A DNA stretch of 64,000 nt from contig CAVXNX010000004.1 of assembly GCA_963763215.1 (NCBI GenBank), forward strand, positions 9,492 to 73,491. Direction: 5' to 3'. The number at the start of each line of letters is the position of its first letter. The first letter of the stretch is position 1. Position numbers and translations under genes: made by a program. Below the pieces are notes generated by a model, which was not told the DNA's origin, did no database searches, and saw nothing but the letters and a program-made list of their open reading frames with translations. Below, piece by piece: positions 45,134 through 54,341 of this stretch. The DNA comes from an uncultured Bacteroidales bacterium (GTDB lineage Bacteria > Bacteroidota > Bacteroidia > Bacteroidales > GCA-2748055).

Positions 45134-45507
45134 TTAGTCCATCAGCTGGAAAAAGGTGATGTAACGGCGTTCATAGAGCATGGAGGCAAACGTGTTCAGC
45201 CGGTCTTCAAGCCCGGCCAGCGATGCTTCATCGAGAGCCGAATGTTTCCGGAGATGATCGGCGATCTGCCGGACATTTCGCTCACCGTCCATCAGCCTTC
45301 CATGCCTCGGATCCAATCACATCGAGCTTGATTTTGAAATACAGGAAACGTGTCCGGGGGAACATGGCATACGTGATCTTCACTCCGGAACTTGGGAACG
45401 AGCACGGTGACCCTTCCTTCATTCTCTTCATGAGCCATGGTCCTTACCGGGATAAGATCCATCGCATTGATACTCTTTAAAACACGTCGCCGTTCGAAAT
45501 AGTTCAT
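45134..45507 (-). CDS. Stand-alone PqqD/RRE-family protein of about 123 aa, two +1 frameshifts near 45382 and 45298
   Basis: Joined translation MNYFERRRVLKSINAMDLIPVRTMAHEENEGRVTVLVPKFRS-KITYAMFPRTRFLYFKIKLDVIGSEAW-LMDGERNVRQIADHLRKHSALDEASLAGLEDRLNTFASMLYERRYITFFQLMD; carries the RRE pattern LD.IG...W...DG.R.V..I...L. Confidence 0.78.
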
Positions 45508-45535
45508 GTCCCGATGGGGTTTGGATGACACAAGG

Positions 45536-45564
45536 CAGGGACGCACCGGGAAGGCACGTCCCTG
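45536..45564. other. Intergenic stem-loop between the OPT and PqqD genes
   Basis: CAGGGACG-N13-CGTCCCTG; no T-run on the minus strand. Confidence 0.5.
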
Positions 45565-45584
45565 GAATGAAGATCAAAAAGGGG

Positions 45585-47657
45585 TTACATCTCCACCTTT
45601 GGCGGAGCGGGTTCGTCAGGCTTTCCGGCGTTGTTCAACGGGATTCTCACCAGGATCAGACCGATGATGCCCAGGACGAACAACCCGGCGATATACGACG
45701 GATTTTTAAAGACCGCACCCGGAAATTTATCGAAGGTGGCAAAGATGGCAAAGATCAGTCCGACGAGAGCTTCGCCGGCGATGAGACCGGACGCCAGGAG
45801 GACACCGGTATTTTCGACCCGTGTTTTCTGAGCCTCGTTAAATTTCCGTCTCTCGGTAAAGTTAGTGACAATGCCTTTGATCAATCCGCCGATGAAGATG
45901 GCAAATGTTGTTTCAAGCGGGAGGTACATGCCGACGCAAACCAGCATCGGGCTTTTCACCTGCATGAGGATAAAGCCGAGACCCATGAGCATCCCGGTGA
46001 TGATCAGCGGCCAGGCCATCTGCCCGCCCACGATCCCCTGGGAGAGGATGGCCATGAGGTTGGACTGGGGAGCGGAAAGCTTCCGGCTTCCAAAACCGCC
46101 CGCATAACCTTCAACGACGCCGGTATTGATGTCGCCCTTGTTCAGGTAGGACAAGACGAAGAACATCACCGAACCGGCGATGACCACCCCGATAATGTCG
46201 CCGATCTGCATTCTCCAGGGCGTCCCGCCGAGGATATGCCCGGCTTTCAGATCCTGGAGCATCTCACCTGCCACGGCAGCGGAAACACACACCACGGCAG
46301 CCACACCGAGGGTTGAAGCGACGCCTTCATTTCCCTTGGCGCCCAGGATGACCATGATCAGAGCCGTCACCACAAGGGCGGTCAGCGTAAGACCACTGAT
46401 CGGGTTGTTGCTGGAGCCCATGATACCGACAAGGTAACCTGAGACGGCGGCAAAGAAAAAGGCCAGGATGATCATGACCGTCGCCGCCACCACGGCAACG
46501 ATGACACTGGTGTGAAAAACGAACCAGGTGATCCCGAAGGTGGTGATGGCCACGGCAATAATGCCGATCATGATCCAGTTGAAACTGATGTCTTTTTCAT
46601 TCCGCGGAATGCCGGTGTCAATCCCCGCAGCCGCTTTCTTGACATCATCGATCGATCGTGACACCCCGGCGAAGAGACTCTTTCGCATCATGTAGAGGGT
46701 ATAAACGGCACTCACCAGCATACCGCCGATGGCGATTGGTCGGACAATGTATTTCCAGACATCGTAAGCCGTGTTGACCCAGGCCTTTTGCATCGCGACC
46801 TGCTGCGTCAGCCCCTCGGACTGGACCAGGCTGGCAGCCAGAGCATTGATATCGAGACCCGGCGCCAGGAAATAGAGGATCATGGGTGTGAGAAGACCCC
46901 AGGCGATGAGGCTCCCGCTGAAGTTCAGCGAAGCCAGGCGGGGCCCGATGATGTATCCGACCCCGGTATAAGCCGGACTGATGCCCGGGCTCCCGATGAG
47001 AGCGCCGCCTTTTCCGAAAAATGCGGTGCCGGTAATTTTCTGTTTGGCAAAGATCACAAACTGTTCCCAGTAGGTGGAGAAGACTTTAAATTCGCCCAGC
47101 GCCTTAACAATCCCACCAAAGATCATGGCCCCAAAGAGCAGTTTCGAGCCGCCGCCGCCCTGGCTTCCCGACTTATGAATTTCGGCAGCAGCGATGGATT
47201 CGGGAAAAGGAAGTTCCGCATCGTCAACCATCACTTTCCGCAGCAGAGCGACGAACATGATCCCCAGGATACCCCCGGCAATGAGAATGATCGTGGTTAT
47301 TCCGTAGGTAAAGTAGTTGTTGACTTCAATACCCTGTTCCATGTTCTGCTGGTAAATGATGTAGAATGCGGGAATGGTGAAAATTGCACCCGCGGCGACC
47401 GATTCACCGATGGAGCCGACGGTTCGTGCAAAATTCTCTTCGAGGATCGATCCCCGCATTGCCTTGATAAGAGCCATTCCGATTACCGCGGCCGGATAAG
47501 TGGCTGCGATGGTCATCCCGGCTTTCAGCCCCAGGTAGGCATTCGCCGCCCCCAGAATAACTGCCAGTACGATACCGATAATCAAAGCCCTGATCGTAAA
47601 TTCAGCCATTCGTGTCTCGGCTGAAACGAAAGGAACAAACTTTCTCTCTTGGGACAT
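45585..47657 (-). CDS. OPT-family oligopeptide transporter
   Basis: ANAYLGLKAGMTIAATYPAAVI, LPFPESIAAAE, GSSNNPISG, LQDLKAGHILGGTPWRMQ, APQSNLMA, ASGLIAGE. Confidence 0.95.
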   Translation of the reverse strand: MSQERKFVPFVSAETRMAEFTIRALIIGIVLAVILGAANAYLGLKAGMTIAATYPAAVIGMALIKAMRGSILEENFARTVGSIGESVAAGAIFTIPAFYIIYQQNMEQGIEVNNYFTYGITTIILIAGGILGIMFVALLRKVMVDDAELPFPESIAAAEIHKSGSQGGGGSKLLFGAMIFGGIVKALGEFKVFSTYWEQFVIFAKQKITGTAFFGKGGALIGSPGISPAYTGVGYIIGPRLASLNFSGSLIAWGLLTPMILYFLAPGLDINALAASLVQSEGLTQQVAMQKAWVNTAYDVWKYIVRPIAIGGMLVSAVYTLYMMRKSLFAGVSRSIDDVKKAAAGIDTGIPRNEKDISFNWIMIGIIAVAITTFGITWFVFHTSVIVAVVAATVMIILAFFFAAVSGYLVGIMGSSNNPISGLTLTALVVTALIMVILGAKGNEGVASTLGVAAVVCVSAAVAGEMLQDLKAGHILGGTPWRMQIGDIIGVVIAGSVMFFVLSYLNKGDINTGVVEGYAGGFGSRKLSAPQSNLMAILSQGIVGGQMAWPLIITGMLMGLGFILMQVKSPMLVCVGMYLPLETTFAIFIGGLIKGIVTNFTERRKFNEAQKTRVENTGVLLASGLIAGEALVGLIFAIFATFDKFPGAVFKNPSYIAGLFVLGIIGLILVRIPLNNAGKPDEPAPPKVEM

Positions 47658-47785
47658 TTTTTTTCAGGTTTTTTAATTAAAGATCGGTAAATGTAACAAT
47701 TTATCCCGAAACCGATCGTTGGTACGCTTTCGCAGCACGCAAAATTTATATGTTTTATGATATACGGAGAGCGAGGCAGGCGGGA

Positions 47786-48433
47786 TCAAAGGAGCTCCCC
47801 ATGGGTGAATTCGCCGGTAAACAGGACGTCGCCGTTCTCGTTCCAGACCGTCTTATGGCCATGCTCGCGGCCGTCAAGGTAAAACATCTCGATGCATTTC
47901 AGGCCATTCCGGAAATACTTGACCTGCTTGCCATGCAGCACATCCATATTGTAGGTGGCCACGTATTTCTTCCCCCCTTTCTCATACCACATGAGGAACC
48001 TCCCGTGACGCTTTCCGTCCTTCAGGGTGAAGAGGGCCTTGATATTCCCGCTGGCATAATAGGTGGTGACCTGGCCGTTCCTGACCCCTTGACGGTATTC
48101 CGCTTCAACCATCAGGCATCCGGCCTCGTTGTATAATTTTATCCTGCCGTGAAGAAGACCATCCTTCAGGTAGCCTTCCTCAGCGAGGTTGCCGTTTTCA
48201 TAAACCCAGAAATAATGCCCGGTGTAGGGTTGGCCGTTAACCGGGTCGAAATAGGTCTTTTCCCGTTTCTCCAGATCATTGAGATCTGTGCTGTTCTTCA
48301 CTGGTCGTGCCGGCATGTCAGGAAGTTTTAGACGATTCGTTCCAAAGGAGTTTTTCGCTCCAAAAGCCTTACTCCTTTCTAACATTCCCTCCTGCCCGAT
48401 TGTTCGTCCCGGCTCACCATGGTCAATCCCCAT
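47786..48433 (-). CDS. MORN-variant repeat protein (YwqK-like); N-terminus uncertain
   Basis: Repeated Y/W-Y-x-N-G...G.Y.DG..HG units. Confidence 0.7.
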   Translation of the reverse strand: MGIDHGEPGRTIGQEGMLERSKAFGAKNSFGTNRLKLPDMPARPVKNSTDLNDLEKREKTYFDPVNGQPYTGHYFWVYENGNLAEEGYLKDGLLHGRIKLYNEAGCLMVEAEYRQGVRNGQVTTYYASGNIKALFTLKDGKRHGRFLMWYEKGGKKYVATYNMDVLHGKQVKYFRNGLKCIEMFYLDGREHGHKTVWNENGDVLFTGEFTHGELL

Positions 48434-48526
48434 GCTGGAGATCCCGTAGAATATTCATAACTTTACATGTCTTCATACTTAGGTTTATCCTATGAATGAT
48501 TGAAGGGAATGCAAAAGAACAGGTTT

Positions 48527-49072
48527 ATGAAAAAGCTGATGATCATGCTGATGGCAGGTCTGATGACCGCCACGGCCTTTGGGCAGGATCCCGGAGAACC
48601 CGCCGTGAAATGGTACACGATGGAGCAGGCCGTCCAATTGAATGCGAACCATCCGAAAAAGATTTACATCTATGTTTACTCGGATCATTGCGGCTGGTGC
48701 CGGAAGATGGCCGGGAATACGCTCACCGATCCGGTGATCGCGAAGTACCTCAATGAAAAGTACTATCCTGTCCGGCTGAATGTGGATATGAAAGAAGCCG
48801 TGACCGTCGGATCAAAGACCTATACGTATGTTCCTGCCGATCCGTCGAAGGGCACTCCGGGCTACCATGAATTTATCGTCGCCATTCTCCAGGGATATAT
48901 GGCCTATCCGGCCGGGGCTTTTTTCGACCAGAACCTGACCTTCTTAGGCGTGGACAGGGGATATAAGGCACCTGCTGATTTTGAAAAACTTCTGCATTAC
49001 ATCGGTGACAATGCCTACCTGGAGAACCACGATTATGGAAAGTATGCTGCCGGGTATACCGGTGAACGGTAG
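48527..49072 (+). CDS. Exported thioredoxin-like protein (DUF255 type)
   Basis: Signal peptide; KKIYIYVYSDHCGWCRKM; YLNEKYYPVRLN. Confidence 0.85.
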   Translation: MKKLMIMLMAGLMTATAFGQDPGEPAVKWYTMEQAVQLNANHPKKIYIYVYSDHCGWCRKMAGNTLTDPVIAKYLNEKYYPVRLNVDMKEAVTVGSKTYTYVPADPSKGTPGYHEFIVAILQGYMAYPAGAFFDQNLTFLGVDRGYKAPADFEKLLHYIGDNAYLENHDYGKYAAGYTGER

Positions 49073-49076
49073 GTTG

Positions 49077-50174
49077 TTATTCTCCCACCGGCAGGTTAAC
49101 CATGGCGCCCGCCTGGTAGATGCTTACCCGGCTTTCGTAGAGGATGTCGGATGAAACCCTGACACGGATGTCGGCGAGATCGGGAATGCGGTAGAAAAGA
49201 TTATTCTGCATTTGCGGATCAGGATAATTCGCAGCATCTTTCCTGAGTTCCCTGACCTTGTTCAGTGGCTGGATCTCGACGATCACCTCATTTCCGGTCG
49301 TATTCTCCTGGTCCGTCAATCCAATTTGGCCCGAGAACCTGGCGATCGTCACGGCCTGCTTATTCGCGGAGGCTTCGGGAACGACCACGAACGAACGCGT
49401 ATACTGTTGCCGGATCGTTTTTCCAAGGAACAAGGCAAGGTATTCCTTCTCGAGCTTGTCGAGTTCCTTCACGGAAAGGGCCAGGGCATCCCCTTTGGGG
49501 AAGACTTTATACTCTCCGTCAAGGAGCTTGAACCGGCGTTTCCGGATTTTGATGATGAAATTGGCCGCTTCCTCGGCTTTCTGCTCCACGGTTTTGGCTT
49601 CCTTCTGTTTTCGCACCACGGGGATCCGGACATAGGAGCTATCCCTGATCATGGTTTTGTACAGCGTGTCGGTCGTTTCCCTGAGGTTCTTTTTAACAGA
49701 AAGGTCGGTGAAATAAGGGGCTTCCTCTATCGCCGGCGCCTTTTCATTGTAGTTGGTGAATTCATAGAGATGTGAGGGATCCAACACGAGACCTTCCTGA
49801 CCAAGCCGGAGAAAATTCTGCAGGTCGGGATGCCCGCTTAGCACGTTAATGCTGTAGTACTGGTTTTCGTCGGGCTGTGTTGTGGTTTTCACATCAACGC
49901 CTGTAATCCTGTAGGAAAATCCCGGTTCGTCGATCAGGGATTTCATCCCCAGGTATTTCTCCGAGAAAATACGGTAAGGGCCGGGGATAAAGGTTTCCTT
50001 TTCAAAATTGACGGTCACGAAGAGCGCAGTCTGCGGCAGCACATAGACCACTTTTTCCGTGGTTTTTTCCGGTTCGTTGCCCACCTTGCTCACCTGGAAG
50101 GTTGAAGTGGTGGCACACGACTGCGCCAGAAAAAGAATAACGGTCAGAGAAAAAATGAGGAGATTCCGGTTCAT
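49077..50174 (-). CDS. Lipoprotein, DUF4831-like
   Basis: Lipobox AQSC; VYVLPQT, PGPY..FSEKYLG, KAEEAANFIIKIR, LEKEYLALFLG, FYRIP; TACCTTTG box at 50199-50206 on the minus strand. Confidence 0.75.
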   Translation of the reverse strand: MNRNLLIFSLTVILFLAQSCATTSTFQVSKVGNEPEKTTEKVVYVLPQTALFVTVNFEKETFIPGPYRIFSEKYLGMKSLIDEPGFSYRITGVDVKTTTQPDENQYYSINVLSGHPDLQNFLRLGQEGLVLDPSHLYEFTNYNEKAPAIEEAPYFTDLSVKKNLRETTDTLYKTMIRDSSYVRIPVVRKQKEAKTVEQKAEEAANFIIKIRKRRFKLLDGEYKVFPKGDALALSVKELDKLEKEYLALFLGKTIRQQYTRSFVVVPEASANKQAVTIARFSGQIGLTDQENTTGNEVIVEIQPLNKVRELRKDAANYPDPQMQNNLFYRIPDLADIRVRVSSDILYESRVSIYQAGAMVNLPVGE

Positions 50175-50206
50175 GGCATCCGTATTTTCAGTTTGCAACA
50201 AAGGTA

Positions 50207-51748
50207 TTAAAAAAAGGAAGGACGGGAAGGATTAACAAAATTTTTCACCGTCTTAAATGCTTTGCCGATATGCCTGACGATATCGCCGGAAATCAGGGAT
50301 TCCATGCTCTCGGATTCCAGGGCGAGGTCGCCGGCGAGACCATGAATATAGACGCCGGTGATGGCGGCTGTCACAGGTTCGTAGCCCTGGGCCAGAAGTG
50401 ACACCAGCATGCCGGTGAGGACATCGCCGCTTCCGCCGGTCGACATCCCGGGGTTCCCGGTGGTATTGATCCACGACCTTCCGTCGGGTGAGGTAACGAT
50501 CGTATTGGCCCCTTTCAGGACAATGACGGCTTTATAGCGTTTTGCCAACTGGAGTTGCTTCAGATGCCGCTCGTAAAAGGTCTGGGATTCGCCTGCCAAC
50601 CGGTCGAATTCGCCGGGATGGGGTGTGAGGATCGCATTTTCCGGAAGCCGGTCCATCCAGTCGGGATTGGCGGAAAGGATATTGAGCCCGTCGGCATCGA
50701 TGACCAGCGGGCGTTTTGCCTTTTTAAGAAGTTCGCAGAACGCTTTCTCCGTGTTTGAGCGCCGGGACAGTCCGGGCCCCACCCCCACTGCCGAATATTT
50801 CGAAAGGTCAGGAACTTCGGTAAACTGGATATCCGACTGGTCGATGCTCACCAGGGCTTCCGGCAGCGCCGTCTGGATGATATTGTAGCCCTGCCGGGGA
50901 ACGTGGGCCGTCACCAGTCCGGCCCCGGTGCGCAGACATGCATAGGTAGTGAGGATGGAGGCACCCAGCATGCCGTAACTTCCGGCAATGATGAGCCCGT
51001 GACCATATATCCCCTTGTGCGAAAATTTCGCCCGGTCTTTGAGCAGAGGCTGGATATCCATGGTTTCCAGGGCTGTATACGGTGTTTGTTTTTCTTCAAT
51101 GGCTTTCGGGTGAAGCCCGATCGGCACGACATGCCATTCACCGGTATAGGGGGCATTGTCGGCGAAGAAAAACGAGAGGAACGGAAACTGGAAGGTCACC
51201 GTATGGCGGGCTTTAACGATGTTTTCGGCCACGTTGTCGCGATTGTCTTCCCCGAAAAGCCCGGAGGGGATATCGATGGACACGACGGCAGCCCCCGAAT
51301 CATTCATGAGATGGATGATGTCTGCCGGAAAACCTTCGACAGGACGGGTGAGCCCTGAGCCGAAGATGGCATCGATGATGACGTCCTGTTTTCCGGGTTT
51401 TGGCCGTTCCGAATCTTCATTGAGCTCAACGAACAGGTCGTTCCCGGCCTGTTTGAGCCTTTCGATGTTTTGTGAACAATCGTCGGAGAGTTTTTTGGTA
51501 AATCGCACGAGGTATGCCCTGACACGGTAATTCCTTTCATGAAGCAGCCGCGCGACGGCCATCCCGTCGCCCCCATTGTTACCCGGACCGGAAAAGACAT
51601 AGACCGTTCCGGAATGGTCAATATTCCGGGTAAACCATGAAACGAAAGCGTTGGCAGCCCGTTCCATCAGGTCGATGGATTTCACGGGCTCATGCTCGAT
51701 GGTATACGCATCGATTTCACTGATCTGTTCAGATTTGAAAATTTTCAT
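50207..51748 (-). CDS. nnr: Bifunctional NAD(P)H-hydrate epimerase/dehydratase
   Basis: LMERAA, GPGNNGGDG, DAIFGSG, DIPSG, HKG.YG, DADGLN, TPHPGEF, GGSGDVL. Confidence 0.95.
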   Translation of the reverse strand: MKIFKSEQISEIDAYTIEHEPVKSIDLMERAANAFVSWFTRNIDHSGTVYVFSGPGNNGGDGMAVARLLHERNYRVRAYLVRFTKKLSDDCSQNIERLKQAGNDLFVELNEDSERPKPGKQDVIIDAIFGSGLTRPVEGFPADIIHLMNDSGAAVVSIDIPSGLFGEDNRDNVAENIVKARHTVTFQFPFLSFFFADNAPYTGEWHVVPIGLHPKAIEEKQTPYTALETMDIQPLLKDRAKFSHKGIYGHGLIIAGSYGMLGASILTTYACLRTGAGLVTAHVPRQGYNIIQTALPEALVSIDQSDIQFTEVPDLSKYSAVGVGPGLSRRSNTEKAFCELLKKAKRPLVIDADGLNILSANPDWMDRLPENAILTPHPGEFDRLAGESQTFYERHLKQLQLAKRYKAVIVLKGANTIVTSPDGRSWINTTGNPGMSTGGSGDVLTGMLVSLLAQGYEPVTAAITGVYIHGLAGDLALESESMESLISGDIVRHIGKAFKTVKNFVNPSRPSFF

Positions 51749-51966
51749 ATGTCAGGACATTTGTTATTGGTCAGTATTCATTCCGGAAGAGATGCTCCCC
51801 TGTCGCATGGGTTTTTCGTCCTGCTCCATGGAAATCGGTCATCAGGCATCCTGCACGCCCCGGACGCGGCTTCCGGTTAATCACGGTAAAAAGCGTTCAG
51901 TGCCGTGGCGCTCCTTCCGTCATTCTTTATAACACTTCACTGATTAAAAAAGATTTGTGGATAATT

Positions 51967-52108
51967 AGTCGGGAGTCGGTGGTCAGAAGCCCGAGGTCGG
52001 AAGTCCGGCTACCGACCACCGACCACCGACTACCGACTACCGACTACCGACCACCGACTACCGACTACCAACTCCCAACAACCGACCACCGACTACCGAC
52101 CACCGACT
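51967..52108. repeat. 7-bp tandem array ACCGAC(C/T) x14 (52011-52108) preceded by about 6 degenerate inverted copies (51967-52008)
   Basis: Counted directly; the upstream AGTCGGG/AGTCGGT/GGTCGGA units are reverse complements of the array unit. Confidence 0.92.
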
Positions 52109-52144
52109 TCCTTTCTTTTAATCCTGATTATTTACAAAGATTTT

Positions 52145-52152
52145 TATCTTTG
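52145..52152 (+). promoter_or_regulatory. -7 box (TATCTTTG) for the POT transporter
   Basis: Exact TAnnTTTG with an A-rich leader before the ATG at 52196. Confidence 0.6.
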
Positions 52153-52195
52153 GGACAATTATGAGAACACCAAATTACTAACAAAAACCCAAACT

Positions 52196-53893
52196 ATGTT
52201 CAAAGCACATCCCAAAGGCCTGTTCGTGGCCTTTTTCGCCAACATGGGTGAACGGTTCGGATATTACACCATGCTGGCCATCTTCATTCTTTTTCTCCAG
52301 GCAAAATACGGCTTCAATTCCGCTACTGCCGGTCAGATCTACGGAGGATTCCTGGCTGCCGTTTATTTTCTCCCCCTCATCGGCGGTATCATTGCCGACC
52401 GTTGGCTCGGTTATGGGAAGACCATCAGCCTGGGGCTGATTACCATGTTTGCCGGTTATTTTCTCCTGGCCATCCCCAGCGCCCGTGGTGAGAACCTGTG
52501 GGAGGTCATTGTAGCTCTGGGGGTCATTTCACTGGGGACGGGCTTTTTCAAAGGTAATCTCCAGGCGCTTGTCGGGAATCTTTACGATGATCCGAGATTC
52601 AGCAAGAACAGGGATGTCGCGTTCAACATTTTTTACATGGGGATCAATGTGGGAGCGATGTTTGCTCCCACGGCGGCACGTGCCATTTACAGTTACGTCC
52701 TCCGGAATGCCGGCCTGACCTACAACAATGCCATCCCGTCACTGGCCAACAAATTCATCGATCACACCGCCACTCCGGCGAATATCAACGAACTGATGGG
52801 GCTGGCTAAAGCCCAGGTCCCCTCGCTCACACAGTCGGGGCTGGATGAATTCAGCCACACTTACATCGACACGCTCAGCCGGGGATACCATTTTGGATTT
52901 GGCGTCGCGCTCTTATCCTTGGTTGTATCGATGATCATCTTCTGGAGTTTCAGGAAATATTACAAATGGGCGGACATGACCGAAAAGCAGAAGTCGGTCA
53001 GCCCCAACCACCAGGGACAGGGCGTGGTACTCACTCCCCAGCAGGTCAAATCGCGGCTCACGGCCCTGGGACTCGTTTTTGCCGTTGTCGTCTTTTTCTG
53101 GATGGCATTTCACCAGAACGGCCTCACCATGACGATGCTGGCGCGTGATTATGTCAAAAACATTGTGCCCACCGATGTCTATATCTGGTTTGACCTTTGG
53201 GGCCTTCTCCCGGCCGCGCTTTCCCTGGCAGGGCTGGTTTTCGTCCTGCGCAGGAAATCGACAACCACAGCACGCGCCATCGGGGGCATAGTTTTTCTGG
53301 TTTTCGGCTACCTGGCGTTCCTCCGGATCCGGACGTATACCGGTGGAAACAGTTTCAGCCCCGAAATGTTCCAGCACCTCAACCCGTTCTTCATCGTATT
53401 CATGACGCCTGTGGTGATCTTCTTCTTTACCTGGTTGAAAAAAAGAAACAGGGAGCCGAGCACACCCCGGAAGATCGGCATCGGCATGTTGATCACTGCC
53501 GTTGCCTTTTCCATCCTGATCATTGGCAGCCTGAAGCTGGCCGGATACAGTCCCGTCGACATCGGGGGCACGCGTATCCCGGATGAATCACAGGCACTGT
53601 CGCCCTACTGGCTGATCAGCACCTATTTCATCCTCACCATCGCCGAGCTTTTCCTCAGTCCGATAGGCATTTCCTTCGTTTCACAGGTTGCTCCCCCGAA
53701 GTATAAAGGCACCATGCAGGGTGGCTGGTTCGCCGCCACGGCGCTGGGCAATTACCTGGCCGGCGTGATGGGCCTTTTCTGGAGAAGTGTTCCCCTGTGG
53801 GCCGTTTGGGCCATTCTTGTTGCCTGCTGCCTGCTTTCCGCCGCCTTCATCTTTTCCATATTGAAGAGGCTGGAACGGGCAGCACAGTCGTGA
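52196..53893 (+). CDS. Proton-dependent oligopeptide (POT/PTR2) MFS transporter
   Basis: HPKGL, MGERFGYY, GTGFFKGN, FYMGINVG, AELFLSPIG.SFVS..AP. Confidence 0.93.
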   Translation: MFKAHPKGLFVAFFANMGERFGYYTMLAIFILFLQAKYGFNSATAGQIYGGFLAAVYFLPLIGGIIADRWLGYGKTISLGLITMFAGYFLLAIPSARGENLWEVIVALGVISLGTGFFKGNLQALVGNLYDDPRFSKNRDVAFNIFYMGINVGAMFAPTAARAIYSYVLRNAGLTYNNAIPSLANKFIDHTATPANINELMGLAKAQVPSLTQSGLDEFSHTYIDTLSRGYHFGFGVALLSLVVSMIIFWSFRKYYKWADMTEKQKSVSPNHQGQGVVLTPQQVKSRLTALGLVFAVVVFFWMAFHQNGLTMTMLARDYVKNIVPTDVYIWFDLWGLLPAALSLAGLVFVLRRKSTTTARAIGGIVFLVFGYLAFLRIRTYTGGNSFSPEMFQHLNPFFIVFMTPVVIFFFTWLKKRNREPSTPRKIGIGMLITAVAFSILIIGSLKLAGYSPVDIGGTRIPDESQALSPYWLISTYFILTIAELFLSPIGISFVSQVAPPKYKGTMQGGWFAATALGNYLAGVMGLFWRSVPLWAVWAILVACCLLSAAFIFSILKRLERAAQS

Positions 53894-53900
53894 CAGGGAC

Positions 53901-53990
53901 GTGGGTACGTGGGTACGTGGGTACGGGGGTACGTGGGTACGTGGGTACGTGGGTACGTGGGTACGGGGTACGTGGGTACGTGGGTACGGG
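53901..53990 (+). repeat. 8-bp tandem array GTGGGTAC x11 plus GGG (12 G-tracts)
   Basis: Counted directly; variants GGGGGTAC and GGGGTAC; begins 7 nt after the POT stop codon. Confidence 0.95.
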
Positions 53991-54341
53991 AAGCTGGTGC
54001 AGCGGGAATCGACGTCAGACACGTGTTTGGCAAATCGGAACCACCAAACGGGTGATATGCTAAAGATTCCGTTCCCTCTGAAACCCCGCATAAAAACAGC
54101 CTGTTGAAAACTTTTCGTCAAAATGTCCGGAAACGGACGCTGAGATTCGGGGGGCTGAAGCGATGAAGGGCAGGTGTGCAGGTTGGCGGGGGAGGCACCC
54201 ACCCTGCAGAAAACTCCTTAAGATTTAAAGCCCTCCCCATGCCCGACAGTGCCCTCCCGCACTGAACAAGTCCTCGTGAAGTCGAAACACAATGAAATCA
54301 TGAAGACGATTTTCCCATCGCCCCCCCTCCACCAAAATCAT

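Noticed and set aside
45134-45507. PQQ biosynthesis cluster
   Set aside because: No pqqA, B, C or E, and no radical SAM gene in the window.
51967-53990. CRISPR array, or coding ORFs in the tandem repeats (RLPTTD, GTWVRGYV frames)
   Set aside because: The units are 7-8 bp with no spacers or cas genes, and the ORFs are by-products of stop-free repeats.
54107-54120. ACAGCCTGTTGAAAA at about 54096-54110 as a possible IS terminal inverted repeat
   Set aside because: No partner repeat or transposase was found in the window.
54149-54334. tmRNA- or tRNA-like ends (GGGGCTGA ... TCCACCA)
   Set aside because: Only about 185 nt apart, with no T-arm (GGTTCRANTCC) before the CCA and no tag reading frame.
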